Positions 37,601 to 51,588 of a stretch of 64,000 bases of DNA are shown piece by piece. This DNA is from Macrostomum lignano (lineage: Eukaryota). Each line of letters opens with the position of its first letter. Position 1 is the stretch's first letter. Both the position numbers and the translations under genes were made by a program. Below the pieces are notes generated by a model that worked only from the letters and a program-made list of their open reading frames with translations, ran no database searches and was not told where the DNA came from. The stretch covers positions 1 to 64,000 of the forward strand of contig NIVC01000390.1 in the NCBI GenBank assembly GCA_002269645.1, read 5' to 3'.

Positions 37601-40600
37601 TCAGTAGGTTCGGCTTTTGACATAGACTATCGCGTAGACAGAATATCTCGATCAATTTACATTTTTCAAATCAGTCTATAGTGTATCGACATGGCTTGAA
37701 GCGTATTCAAATGCGATAATGGACTCAAATGTAACAATAGGCGTGACAGTTTTCCATTCTACTGAGCACCGATGGCTATATTGTTGGAAAGTGAGTGTCT
37801 CAGGGCCTGTCTCGGAGGCCCAGCCAGTTAATTAGCTTCCTGTGGCCAGGCGCCCCTCCGCTGTTTACGCAAGCGTTTAACCCCCACCCACCTCCCCCAT
37901 TCGGCCTATTGTTGTTAAGCCACCTGAGCGAATCGGTTGCCAAGCTATATTCCGCTGCTCCGCGGGGAATACGGTATAACGCAAGCGAACGATTATTGAA
38001 GTATTAAATATAGGCAGAGACGGAAACTGAGGTGCCACGGGTTCCACGCTTCTCGCGGTTGCGTCACCCCAGCTCGCCATTCAGCCGGCGCTAAAGGCGC
38101 CAGATTGAAGATACGAAAAAACACAGGGCAGAAGACACACGCGAAAGAAAGATGAGAACAGGAGGAGAAAAAAAGGGAAGGCTTAGGCTCGGGTTGCTCT
38201 CCTCAACTCAAGACGGCTCAAACATCGATTTCATTATTCGCCTCTTCCCATCTCTAGAAGCCAGAGCTATATCTTATAGATGTTTGGGGGAATATAACAA
38301 AACTCGCGCAGTTTCAAATTGCAACAAGCTCGAAGCGAAATCCGATATCGGCTTGTCAACTTTTTTTCGTCGAATTCGAGGCATTAGTCATTCGAAGTTG
38401 CTGATTTTTTGTTAGTTTTTGTTCCAGCCTTACAGATGCTCAAGATGATGACGGATGCTGCAGAATGCCCCGGCCAATTGCTAAGCAACAATCTTTTCCA
38501 GCAATCTATAGTTTATATTCGTCTTTTAGATAAACCTTCTTAGAATTTGACCACTTTGCCGACGTCTTGGTTACTGGGGAGGGAGTTTCTAGATTCTAAA
38601 AGACAGAATCCTTGACCACTTCTAATCTTATCTAGGTCTAAGCAAGGTCTGTAGGGGGGGGGGGGGGGAAACCGACCCCTTTACTACTGTAAATATTTCC
38701 CTGCAGATGCCAGTGTAAGCTCGTGAATGAGAGACTTCAGCATCCTACTAGCATCGCATGCATTTACTACAGTATGTCGCAGCAGAAAACCTTCGCACAG
38801 CTTGCGGTCCAGAATGTGTATAATAATCGTAACGCTCTCGGGCCATCATCAGTCGTTGAGGTGAAGTGGCAATTATGAGATGGAGAATGCTAGTATGGCA
38901 TGGAATAGCAATATAGTGACTAGCTTATATGAAGTCTTGACAAAATTTTAATTCAACTGACCAGAGTCTGTCTGTCTGGCTGAATGGAACACTTTGACAA
39001 GTGACAGAGTTAGCGTTTGCGAGAATAGAGTTCCAGAAACCTACACCGCGTGTAGGGAAGGACCAAGTGTGGAGGCTGGGGTAGGGAGCGCCACTTAGAC
39101 AGTAGTTAATCGCCCACACTGACACACTGAGTGCTTTTAAATGGCAGGGTTTTTACCTTAATATGGCAGATGGTGGGTATTTTTTAAAGCTGGTTCTATC
39201 TTATCAGCTGTAACATGTGGTGGGTCTGTTTTCGCTAAGCTTGCAATTTATTGTTTTTCATTTGACCCAAAAAACTATAATATATTTTGAAGCGAAGCTT
39301 GTTACAAATATTTTTTGACTTTAAAACCAAAACACTGGATTAGCAAGCGGCAGGTGAATATTTGTGTTTGAAAGAAAAACCTTGCATGTCAAACAAAGAC
39401 GCAAAAAATTAATCAGTTAAATTTATGACTAATAAATTAATAATAATATATCGGTGCCATTCGACAGTGGCGTCTCAATTCTGGGCCTATTCGAAACGAA
39501 TAGGACACCGAAAAGCCATCTGGACTGAGTCGGGTAATCCTTGTTGAATGTGAAACGCTTAAATATATAAAGACGGGTGCCGTATATTGTCAATATTGAA
39601 AATTGCATGGGAAACTTAAGGTTTCATTGGCAGCTGGGGATAATTTTCCAGGTAGCCATAAAACAAATATTTCCCTTACGGCACAAGATACGAGTAATAT
39701 CTATATCCCACGATAAAGAGATTGGAATATTCAAACCTCAATTCGATAAACTGGTTGGCAGATCTATGTTTCCAGCGCACCTCAAAGCTTGCTGTTATTG
39801 TAACGAATTAGTCCAGAGAAATAAAAACACCCATTGCAAAAAGAGAAAATTGGATTTTAGGTGAGGGACGCCTAGCGGTGTGGGCAAATAATTCATGAGC
39901 TCATTGCACTCAACTGAGCCCCAGAGGGTATACCCCGCCGCGAGTTCAAGGCCTAGAATAGCACAGCACACCGCTGTGAAGGTTTCTGAGTCACTCTGCT
40001 CAACGCTATCGCTTTATAAAACTTACTGGGGAGTGAGCAGTGTGCTCAATGCTAAACATTTCCCCACAGCTGCATGTCCCGCTTATAGCGTCTTGTCTTT
40101 CTTTCCACGTTTAAATTCAACTGGCTTTCCTCAAAATTGAGGCATCGATATTTCACAATACTGAGAGAACTAATGAAATATTCATTGAGAAAGGAAAAGT
40201 AATTCAAGTTGGTTTCCTGCGGAATTGAAATAGAAAGGAAGAAAGAGTGGGGAGCCTGCCCAGAATGCCCAAAAGGATGCCGCGAAGTGAGTCACACCAG
40301 TGACCAGTTCCTCAGACGGCTTTGTCACCGCATTAGGAGGCTGCCGGTTGTCCCTCTTTCAATTCAGATACTCTGGTAGAGGCCGGCTTGTCAAGGCTTG
40401 GGTTCAGATCAACAATTGACTACACTGGGCGGCTTTCACATGACAAATGACTAGTGCCTCGTGATTATGTTGGTTGAAATGAAATACGACCGCTAGCTAA
40501 CCAATGCATCAGTAATGCTTGTTGGCCTGGTCTGCTCTTGATAGGCACTGAACCTCGCTGTGCTCATTGTCTTTGTTTTTATATAGGCATTATCCCGTAT

Positions 40601-41967
40601 ATTCCCAATATCCTCCCTAGAGTGCGTTGTATTGCATAGAAATTGAAATTCATTAGCAAAGCAATATATTAACCTGGCCACATTGCTTAATGCCTGTCAT
40701 CAGACGGCTTACGATTACGACACAGGCGATAATTCGAAAACATCTCTCATGCTTTCTTCGTTCGTTTGTGTCGGTTACGAAAGCGAAATTTTCTACCCAC
40801 AGAATAAATTAGGTAGAAAAAAAGCAAAATCCATAGAAAGCATGAAATTGCGTTCCTGCGCGAATGGTTGGATGGCTTTGGCTTCTATGTTAAATCTCCA
40901 CAGTCTCCACACTTATAGTTTATTTGTCTTTTGCATTGATGCAACTATTTTTCTGTTCTAATAAGGCTTCAGTTTGTGGGCCCAACCAGTCCAACAAAAA
41001 AACTGTTGGAGAATAAAAACGGCCTGGGCCCCATGTTTGGGGCAGAGCCACAAGTGAATAGAAACTGTAGCTGATAGGATGGAGTTGACTCGAGATCTTC
41101 AAGGTCGAGTGCTTTCTGGTGCTACTCATTCAGGTGTGACGAAGGGCAAGTCAAAGTTAATGACTGAGACAAAAAAGCTTGAGAATTCCAGCTTCATCGT
41201 GGCACGGCATTCAGTTCATAAATGTCTGCTCGCTCTTGCTCGAAGTGTTACGTCATCATCTCGTTGAGAACTAACGCAAATCATGATTCAAAGCCAGCCA
41301 ACCAGTTGCAATCGGTTGTTTCGTGACAACTTTTTCTGCTGTTAGAAATTTCTCCCCTCCCTTCTCCTGAGGGCTAAAAATGGTGCTCCGTATTTAATCA
41401 CTGGCGTAGCATTGCGGTGCGTGATAGCTGTGCCTCACTAGCTCAACCATCCGATCCGACATCTGCTAGCTCGGGGAGGCGGTGGCAGAGGAAGAAACAA
41501 AGGCCAAAAACCGGGGGATATCGGGAAAATAGAGAGAAATCCCATCTTTTTCATAGATTTCTTTCCCTATGTTATTCGGACGGGGTCGCTGGGATCAGAT
41601 CCCCAAAGGAAATGGGCTGAGCTGGGCAGTCGATTGCATAATCCCCGGGTCTGCTTGCGTGGAGAAAGCGGGAGGGCGAAAGAGTATAGAGTTGCTTTGT
41701 TTTGAGCACAACTGCGACTGCGGCAGCAGCAGTGCGGCTTGGTGGGCTTGTTTTATTAAAACTGGTCAATATTTGATGTAGCACTGCCGCTTCGCTTCTC
41801 AATTTCTGAAGTCTAAATCTGGGTGAGGAATGAGTAGCTGGTTTGGCTGCTTCAGCAGTTTTTTCTGATTGCTGCTGCTTCAGTTTCCAAGAAAAAAGTC
41901 ATAAATTACTCGTAAATTGAATAAATGAGTTGAGCAGCTATAGCAACAGTTGGGAAGCTGCAGCATC

Positions 41968-42620
41968 ATCTTGAAAACTTCAGAATCATCTTGGAAACTT
42001 CAGAATTATCTTGGAAACTTCAGAATCAACTCAATTAGGAAGATACAGACTCAATAAGGAAGATACAGACTTAATTAGGAAGATACAGACTCTGTAGCAG
42101 CACCAAAGCATTCATCATTTATTCTAATTATTTCTTATTCTATATTCCAATCGCTTTAGTTCACCCATAGACACTTCTGTACTATTCGTTCGCCCCAGCG
42201 CTAAATAGCCCCCAACGCAATGACAAAATATACAAAAAACCTCCCGCTTTTGCTAGCTATCTTCGAAGTGCCACATACACTCGTAAGCTTGTAGCGGTAA
42301 CCTAACGCTACAACTCAATTAGGAAGATACAGAACCAATTAGGAAGATACAGACTCAATTAGGAAGATACAGAATCAATTAGGAAGATACAGAAACAATT
42401 AGGAAGATACAGACTCAATTAGGAGGATACAGAATCAATTAGGAAGATACAAACTCAATTAGGAAGATACAGAATCAATTAGGAAGATACAGAATCAATT
42501 AGGAAGATACAGAATCAATTAGGAAATGATTAGGAAATGATTAGGAGATGATTAGGAAATGATCAGAATCAATTAGGAAGATACAGACTCAATTAGGAAG
42601 AGACAGAATCAGTTAGGAAA
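41968..42620. repeat. 20-bp minisatellite (CAATTAGGAAGATACAGACT/AT), preceded by 3 CTTGGAAACTTCAGAATCAT units and interrupted at 42093-42312
   Basis: Direct tandem repetition. Confidence 0.9.
42093..42312 (-). mobile_element. 220-bp solo-LTR-like insertion (TG...CA termini, 4-bp TSD)
   Basis: Starts TGTAGC and ends GCTACA. Flanked by ACTC (42089-42092 and 42313-42316), duplicating a single ACTC of the host repeat unit GATACAG-ACTC-AATTAGG. AATAAA lies near the 3' end on the minus strand. Confidence 0.75.
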
Positions 42621-43494
42621 CTTTGCCATCTTGATGCAATGAAAAATTTCCCAAAAACGTAAGAAATTGCCGATAGTTAAAAAGCGACGCCAAGGTCACA
42701 TTATGTCTGTCGGGGCAATTATAATCAATGATTATTTTCATCGTTCAAAGTTATGGCAAAGTTATGATATTTTAATGCCATTTCTATCCACTTAGCTCAT
42801 AGCCTGGCCCAGACCGTCAGGCGGCGGATAAGGGCAGTCATTAAACACTACCCGATATCAACTAGAAGTTGTAAAATAGTCATAACGCCGTTCGAAAGCC
42901 AATGGACTCAGTCAAGAGTTAATTCTATTATTACTATTATCATTATTATTGCAGCCCAGTAGCCATTTGAAAGCACAATGCCGCCCCTAGTTCCTCTATC
43001 AACAATTTCTAAACTGAACGGGTTTAGAGTTTCTGAGAAATAGGGAGGTGGCATTGGCATCTCTGCAGTTGCATTTTTATTGCCAACTCTTGGGCAGGGA
43101 GGGTTCGACTCCCTGGTTTTTTATATTGTACTAGCCACTGCCTGGCAGGTTCAGTGGGGGGGGGGTTGTGCGCTGTAAAATGCCCTCTGCGCTGCGCTGC
43201 ACCATGGGGGTGGTGGTGGGCTCATTTATTGAGACATGGGTTGTAAACTTGTGAACATAGGCTTATATCTAGCTACTTACTGAATTCAAGCCGCTGTGTC
43301 TTTTTGCTAATAAAATAAGCTAAGCTAAGCCGAAAAACCTAGCCAGAGAGGTCCTTGGCGTGGTCTTTGGAATTGAAACATGCTGCTACAAATACGACGA
43401 AGTGCATTAGGATCGTGATTTTTTCTGTTATTAAAAAGCACTTGTTTAGAGAAAATGGTGAGGAGAGAACATGGGGAGACGATGAGAGACTAGA

Positions 43495-43790
43495 AGAGAG
43501 GAGAGGAGAGGAGAGGAGAGGAGAGGAGAGGAGAGGAGAGGAGAGGAGAGGAGAGGAGAGGAGAGGAGAGGAGAGGAGAGGAGAGGAGAGGAGAGGAGAG
43601 GAGAGGAGAGGACAGAGGAGAGGAGAGGAGAGGAGAGGAGAGGAGAGGAGAGGAGAGGAGAGGAGAGGAGAGGAGAGGAGAGGAGAGGAGAGGAGAGGAG
43701 AGGAGAGGAGAGAAGAGGAGGGGAGAGGAGAGGAGAGAGAAGAGTGAGAAGAGAAGAGGGAGAAGAGAAGAGAGGAGGAGAGAATAGAGA
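43495..43790 (+). repeat. (GAGAG)n homopurine microsatellite
   Basis: Direct observation. Confidence 0.96.
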
Positions 43791-45409
43791 AAGTGGCATT
43801 AGTAATACATACATTCAGAAAGAAATTGTTCAGGTTAAAAAATTAATGAATTCCAATGTCAGGCACCAGTTCCTATTGGTTATTGCTAAACTTACAGTCA
43901 CAATATTTGACTGAGACTCGGCAGGTGGACAATCTGCAGAATTTCTGTGCTCAGATAAGCGAAAGACCAAGTGAAGCGAGATTTGAAGGGAGAAAAGAAG
44001 TTAATATATGAAAGACTTTTCCAAAAAATTATTTAACGGAATCGATGAAGGTGAAAGCGGGGCCTGGGCGGAGCCAGAAGCAGAATAGGGAAATTGATTT
44101 TGTTCCAAGCAAGAAGAGAAAGCTTTTGTTTAACACGCGCTCACTGCAGCCAGGGACTGGAATAATGGGCGCGCTTAGTCAATGCCGGACTTGCAAGCCC
44201 TCGCCCTCAGCGGTGAAGCGCCCCGGACTTTGATTGACAGCAGCTCATGCTGGCTGACTGCTCTCCCCCTCCTCCCCCGGATTCAGTAGGTTCCGTGCCC
44301 CGGAGAGTCGCACTTTCGCTGGCCAGAAAGACGCGCAGCGCAACCTTAAGTCAACGAAGTTTTCCTTGTCAACAGTGTTTTCGCACCTTGCTTCTAAAAG
44401 GATTGGCGGGCGTTAGTTACTCGGGGGCGAATCTGGGGTGTTGGCCCTACTTCATGCGGAGGTGATCAAAGTGGAATACAACCTGAGCTTACTCTGGTCG
44501 AAAGTGTGGGAGAAAATTAGGCTGGTATCGATGGGACACCCGCACTGTGGGGGATTTTTCTACGGAGATTCCCCAATTAGCGAGCTTTTATCAGCTTACA
44601 GTGGGGTTGTGCACCTTTGCGATAGCCAGATAGTGAGAGACGGATTAAATTCCCTTTATACTGTGGTTCCTCTTCTTCTCCATCACTCTCTCTCGCTCTC
44701 TCTCTTCAATTGAATATAAAATTAGCGAACTAGTTTCTCCTCTGACGCCCTTCAGATCCCGTGGGATCTGACAGACAACTGTCATTCAGAATCCCGAGCT
44801 CCATCCACACACTTAATACGCAAATATTCCCCAGTGCAATAAAGCACGCGCATTAGCTTATCGCTTTTAGCAGCAGAAAAGAGGTTTGGGGAGGAGAGGA
44901 GAAAACGCGACAGCACTAACTCGCGGGTCGCCTAACACCTGGGCGGGGGATCGAGTGGAGGCAATAATATTTACTTACACAGTGCACTGAATATCCAGGA
45001 AAGCAAAGGCATAACACCTGTTCAGGCCATAATTCTCAGTCTCAGTTCTCTCATCTAATCAATTAACCACGGCAGATCTGTGGCTTGCAGTTCAGTGGCA
45101 AATGCGTCTTACTATCGCAGGAGTCCTGATTCGATTTCCTACTCAACTTGAGGCTTGTGTACCCGAAAATTGTCCAGGGTGATTCACACCCACGAGGGCC
45201 AACCCCCCAAGGCAACCCCCCAAGGATGCTGTACACCCGGTGTGAGCGTGTGTATGAGTGCGTGCCTGTGCGCTCTTGTGTGTGCTCAGGGGTCAGCGGA
45301 ACGGGCAGAATTGCCGTCAGCGCTGGTTGTGGGAAGATGTCGCCGAAGGCATTGCGCCAGGGTTCCCGCAGAGCTCCTGCATTTTTCTGTTCTTATTTAT
45401 CACCTGCAG

Positions 45410-46936
45410 ATGCTGACTCGGACTTGTCATTCGCCTTGGCCTGGGGGGTCCAGCCGGACCTGCCGTTCGTCGTCAATCGTGTCAGCGGCGAGTTGGCACT
45501 GTCCCGGCAGCTGACCGGCAGCGACTCGGAGCTGTACGACTTCGCGGTTGTCGTCTCGGATGGTAGCAATTCTGTCGAATGTCGCGTTCGGGTTCGAGTG
45601 ACGTCTCCAGCGGCTGCCGATTCGGCATCGGCTTTAAACAACAGCAGCGGCGAAGCGACAGTGACGGAGAACTCGCGGGCCGCTGTCGGCGTCCCGTTCT
45701 ACACCGCGCCCTGCCCCTGGTCCGATCCGAGCGTGCGCTTCGAGCTGCTGGCGCCGTCGGCCTCACCTCTGTGGGCGGTCGACGCTGTTACCGGCGCAGT
45801 TGCGACCCGGCAACCGCTGGACCGGGAGACAGCGGAGCTGCACCGGCTGCGGATCGCCTGTCAAACATCGTCGGGCGCGTTGTTCGAGCACCGCCTGCTG
45901 GTTCGCGTGGCCGACGAAAACGACAATTCGCCTGAGTTCAGCGCCGTCGAGATGGCCGTCACAGTCGGGCGAAGCGTCGCCGTAAACTCCGTGGTGGCCG
46001 CGGCGACGGCGACGGACTCCGATTCCGGAGCGAACGCCGCGCTGCGCTACTTCCTGTTGGACGACCCTCGACGCCAGTTCTGGGCGGACGCCGACACCGG
46101 AAAAGTGCGGCTGCGCCGGCCATTGGCAGGGCGACCCCGGCAGCATCGGCTTCGCCTGCTGGCGCTGGACAGCGGCCGACCGACTCGCTCGGCGTCCATC
46201 GTCATCCTAGTCGACGTCCGGCGCGAGGCTGGCGACGCCTGCGCGCCGCAGTTTCCGCGTGGCCGGCGGCCTCTGGTATTCAGCGTGGCGGAGGCCCTGC
46301 CGGCTGCCCGTCTGCCAGCCTACGTTGGCGCCGTCCGCGCCACCGACTGCGACACTGACGAGGGCATCATCTACCAGATCCTGGACGACAGTGCACCGTT
46401 TCATGTGCTGAAGGACACCGGGGAAATCCGAGCGATAGCGCCAATTGACCGCGAGTCTCACCCGGAACCCTTCGTGTTCGTCGTGCAGGCCTATGACGGC
46501 TCTACGCCTCGCAAGAGCGGCAGCGCCACCGTCACAGTCAACGTTGTGGACGCTAACGACAATCCACCAGCTTGCGCCTGGCGTCGATGGCAGTTTGACA
46601 TTTCCGAGGCCGCGCCGCTAAACACCACCGTCGGCTGGGTGGCCGCCAGCGACTCCGACTCGGGCGCCAACGCCATGGTGAGCTTTGCTCTTGTCGGCAA
46701 CCACTCCGACGGTCCATTTGGCATCGGGGCTTCAGACGGGCGGCTCTGGCTGCGTCGGAGTCTCGACCGCGAGTCTCAGGACCGCTATGAGCTCCGGGTG
46801 CGGCTGACCGACTACGGCTTGCAGTCGTTGACCTCCGAGTGCAGTGTCCTGATTAGCGTCCTGGACGTCAACGACAATGACCCGGTGCCAGCCGCGGCCA
46901 CCTTCGAGTTCGACGTACGGGTCAACGAGGTTGTCG
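45410..46936 (+). CDS. FAT4: Fat cadherin exon 5
   Basis: Acceptor CTGCAG and donor G|GTGAGT. 1527 nt, phase 1/1, with several LDRE and DxNDN motifs. Confidence 0.94.
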
Positions 46937-49259
46937 GTGAGTTTCTTGGAAAGTTCAGTAAAATTTAAAACGCAGCCACTGAAGAGTGACGGCTGCCTGT
47001 CGGCGGAGAGCTGAGAATCGGTTTTCCGTTTCGTGTATCGACTCCACCGGATTATTCACCCCGATTTCCTCTCACAACCAGAGTAGGCAGCTGTCAGTCT
47101 CAGCTGCATCAGCCCTCAGATTCCTCTCTGGTACTCAATTCGCCAAATTTTCTTCCTATTCTCGTCAAGAAAAATTTGAGCACACTTTGAGTAGAGACCC
47201 TCTGAACGACGCCTCTTAAGTCTAAAAGATCCCAACGATAGACATCCCCCCATCAACCTGATGGACTGCCGGTTTGACAGACGGGGAGATGAGGCTACGC
47301 GTGTGCAATGGGAGTTTAGCCGGCTGAGATTAGGGGATCTGAGCGTCTCTGCTCGGGACTGATAAAGTGCCTCTCTTAGGCCTCAAGCAAGCAAGACGTG
47401 TAGTGTATAATGAAGTGCGCTCTGGGGAAGGTCAAAGCGTCCGGTGCAACTGCGCACTGAATTTCACTTCCGGCTGGGCAATTCACTTGGGAAACGCTTT
47501 TTCCTCCATTGTCTGCTGAACTAGTCTGCTTTCACTGGCTAAATGCAAAGCCAGCCAGACAGACAAGGCTGAAGACTCAGAAGCAGACTGGCTAAAGTGG
47601 CGCTGCATCAAGTCTTTCCTCAGTGCAAAATTTCTTTGCTCTAGCGACATCAGACTCACTCAGCTTCCTTCCCATCGTCCCTATAGCTACTGAAAGGAAA
47701 AACTGCATAGCGCTATTGTCTCTTCATCGATTTCTCATCCGCTCAATCCTCGTGCAACCTTGAGCGAGTAACTTACAGTCTTCCTGCGATCCCATTGAGA
47801 CTACTGAAATTCCATGCATCCACCCCTCCTTCAAATGGACGGCACTTCCGGTTTAACGGGTGTCCAGCTCTTGTACAAGTGTTCAATGCAATGAGGCTGC
47901 GCTAAAATTAGTGGAATTATATACAAGCTACATAGTGCTCAGGGGGGGGGCTTGTGCCCGCGCAGGCCGTCTAGCTTGATCCTGACAGACAGAACCTGCA
48001 CGCCACGGGCCACTCAGACACAGATGTCGGAGTCAAGTTGGTAAAAAATGGGGAGAGCGAGCCTCTGCAGATTTTTTCTTACTCAACTTCCCCGCCGCAT
48101 GTCGGCAACTTTCTCTCTGATCTTCCCTAAATCCGACCCGGAACCGAGATCCCCACTTAATTTGGGGAGGAGTAGGAGGAATTAAAAATGCAGCGAGGTG
48201 TGAGGAGAACGAGACCCCTTGTGAAACACAATAGCGGCCCACTCTTCACACCCGGAAACCGGCCATGCGGTCTGAGTGAGTCAATCTCATTCGCGAATCT
48301 GCTCAATTCAGCCTGGGGCTGAGTAACTAACGCCTTGCTTGAGTCTATAAATTTATTACTTTGACAGAATTACTATTAGCGGGAAGAATCTGGGACAGGG
48401 CAGCATGCATGGCAGCGACTGACTGCTATTGCCGAGCCGAGCTCAATTGCTTGGCCTAGAAAATTAGTCGACTAAAAATACTTCCAACGACGCAAGTCAT
48501 GCCTCTCGGGTCCAGGCGCCTGGCACTCCTCCCCTTCTCACCGCCTCCACCCACCCTGTTGTCTCAGTTGTGCAAACAGACAAAATTTTGGACACGCGGC
48601 GAGACACCTACAAGCCTGTAGACTCAGACAAGTGGAGAGATAGGAACTGCTCAGGGGTTGCTTTGCATCGAAAGTCACACGCAGATTAGCCGAGTGTCAT
48701 TGACAAACAGCAGCCTGTGAAATCTGCCTGTATTATTTGATACCATCTATGGTTTCTGGTAGCTGGCTGGAAACCGCAGGGTCTCAAAACGCGTTGAATT
48801 TCTTTGAAAACTCTCTTGGCGTCTCCGTCTCTCGCTCTCTTTCTTTCTCTCGCCTTTACTGCCAGATATCAATTTTCACAGCTTTGCATCTCGCCTAGCG
48901 TGTAGGCGGTGTGCGCGTGTGTGCGCTTAACTTTGTTTGTTAGGCTTAAAATTGAGTGCGCAGTTGATTCCCCGGCTTTTAGGGAGAAGAGCGGTTCACG
49001 AAGGCCCAGTCTCTGGAATGTGAAGGATTTTCTTGCTCTGGTTCTCTGCCTTCGCTTCCTCTTAACTTAACTCCCATCGCCTTAGAATCGAATGGATAGT
49101 CGGAAATGATTTGTCTTTATATAAATCTACACGAACTACTGGTAATGATGAAGCAAAACCAAAATCCCTGTAAACTCTTGTCACTTAGACACTACTGTAA
49201 GTAAACTTCGGAGACTTTTTAGTTATAATCATACAGATAGCATTAGCGCAAGTAAATAG

Positions 49260-49463
<204 letters not shown>

Positions 49464-49485
49464 CGTTGATACCATCCCACCGCAG

Positions 49486-51446
49486 GTGCACTGCTGGGCG
49501 GCATCTTCGCCTGGGACCCGGATGCCGGTCGCAACGGCAGTGTCACCTACTCGGTGCTGCCAGGCACTGCGGGCGACTCAACCGGCTCTTCCTACATCCG
49601 GCTGAACGACTCTGAGACCAGCAGCGGCTTCGTCTACCTGGAAAGCTCGCTCACTGGCTGGCAACCCGGCCAGACGATCAGCGCCGCGGTGGTCGCCACA
49701 GACGGCGGCGGTCGGCGTGCCCAGATGGCGGTGAAGCTGCGCCTTATCCCGGCGCCAGATCCGACCAGCGCGCAGCAGATGCGCTTCACTACCGAGCCGC
49801 GCGCCTCTCTGTTTGCCAGCGAGCTGGCGCCACCTGGCACGGTTCTGACCCGTCTACCTTCCGCGACGCTTCCGAAGGCGGCCTACAGCATCCTGGCGCT
49901 GTCCGTCGCTAGTCGACGCTCGACGCCGACATTTTGGCATTCCGGCGGCTTCTATCAAGCACCGGTGACAATCCGACGAGACACTGGCGAGCTGATTGTC
50001 GGGCCGGGCGGGCTAAGGGATGTCGGCGAAGAAGTTCATCTGGCATTGCGAGCCGCTACAGCTGACAGTCTGTGGGCCACCGCGCTGCTCACCGTGCGCG
50101 TCATGCCCGACTCCCGCGAGGCTGCGACTCCTGTCCGGTCAGTATTCGAATTTTCTGTGCCCGAGAACCGGTCGCCGGGCACCTTCGTCGGACAGGTGGC
50201 GCTTAACAGGTGGCGGATACGTGAGCGTCTACTGCCTCGTTTTGCTATCACTGGCGGGCCGTTCACCGTGGACTCGAGCGGCAGAATCACAACGACGGAG
50301 TGGCTCGACAGGGAGTCGCGGGATGCCTATGAGCTTAACTGTACGGTTGGCGACGGCGGAGTCCAGGTGTCTGTCCGCGTTGCAGTGTTGGACGACAACG
50401 ACAGACAGCCGACTGGCAGCAGCGCCTACTTCAAAGGCGCCGTGCCGGAGAACAGCCCGGTAGGGACGCGCGTACTCCGCATCACCGCCGTGGACGCTGA
50501 CACGCCACCGAACGCACGTCTGGCCTTCTCGCTGACCAACAACCCGGGCGGTCGGTTCTCAATCGACTCCGCCTCAGGCTGGGTGACGGTGGCCGGTTCG
50601 CTAGATCGCGAGTCAACCGCGCTGTACAAGCTCGGGTTCTCAGTGTCCGACGGAAAGTTCAGCTACGACTCGGAGGCGGAGGTGACGGTCACGGACGAGA
50701 ACGACTGCGCGCCGGAGTTTCCAGCAGGCGGCTTCAACCTCAGCGCCCTGCCTGGCCGGCCGGGTGGCTATGAAACCGTGGGCTCATTGGCCGCAACTGA
50801 CGCCGACCAGCCTGGCTCGGACAATGCCCGCCTGGCCTACAGCTTGTCCGGCCCCGGCTCCGGCCGATTCTCCGTCGACGCTCTCGGGAATCTGGTCGCT
50901 CATGGCCAGCTGCCACTGGGCGCCGAGTTCCGTCTCCGGGTGCTGGCGCGCGACAACGGACGCCTGATGGCGCGGTCGGCTTCGGCGCCACTTCGGCTGC
51001 GGGTTCTCAATGCAGCGCCGCCGATGATGTCGAGCGCCAGGCTGGACGCGCCGGTGCTGGCTGGACTGGGGCCCGGACAGCCAGTGGTGCAGGTGCGCGC
51101 CAGCTACTCAAACGACGGACCGCTCCGATTTCGAATCGTCAGCGGCAACGCCAGCGAGCACTTTGCGTTGGACACCTCGACTGGCTGGCTGACGACGCGT
51201 CACGCGCTGTCGAGCCTCCGGCCGGGTGACGTGTACGCCGCCGTGGTCGATGCCGTGTCGGCCGAGCATCCGCAGCTGGTGTCGCCGACTCCGACAGCTG
51301 TTCAGCTAAGCGTAACCGGCGAGAACCGGTTCAGCCCAGCAATCGCGCCGGACGCCTACCAGGCGACGGTGGCCGAAGACGCCGCCAGCGGCCATCAATT
51401 ATTCCGGATTGATGTCACTGACCGAGACAGCGGGATCAATGGGGAG
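49486..51446 (+). CDS. FAT4: Fat cadherin exon 6
   Basis: Acceptor CCGCAG and donor GAG|GTTAGT. Reads [18 protein letters not shown]...DRDSGINGE, 1961 nt, phase 1/0. Confidence 0.93.
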
Positions 51447-51588
51447 GTTAGTATGAGCAGCTTAATTGTCGGGTCAGTCTATGTAGTGCTAAAAATGGAA
51501 AATTCTTATATATAGTCCTTATAGTCTAATTTCTCTAGAAGAATCGTCCGAATTCAAACAAAAAATTTGTCTTCTCCAACCGCTTCAG

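Noticed and set aside
38830-38860. CTGATGA on the minus strand, possible hammerhead core (also 32050-32075)
   Set aside because: No stem II followed by GAAA and no stem I/III closure with an NUH site.
30270-43814. ORFs rich in E/R/G or L/S/P over the GA tracts, and in 34887-35351
   Set aside because: Low-complexity or tandem-repeat artefacts inside Fat introns.
23808-45409. Possible nested genes or missing Fat exons in the two largest introns
   Set aside because: The eight exons join in consistent phase and give a normal Fat length (about 34 cadherin repeats), and no intronic ORF shows a recognisable domain.
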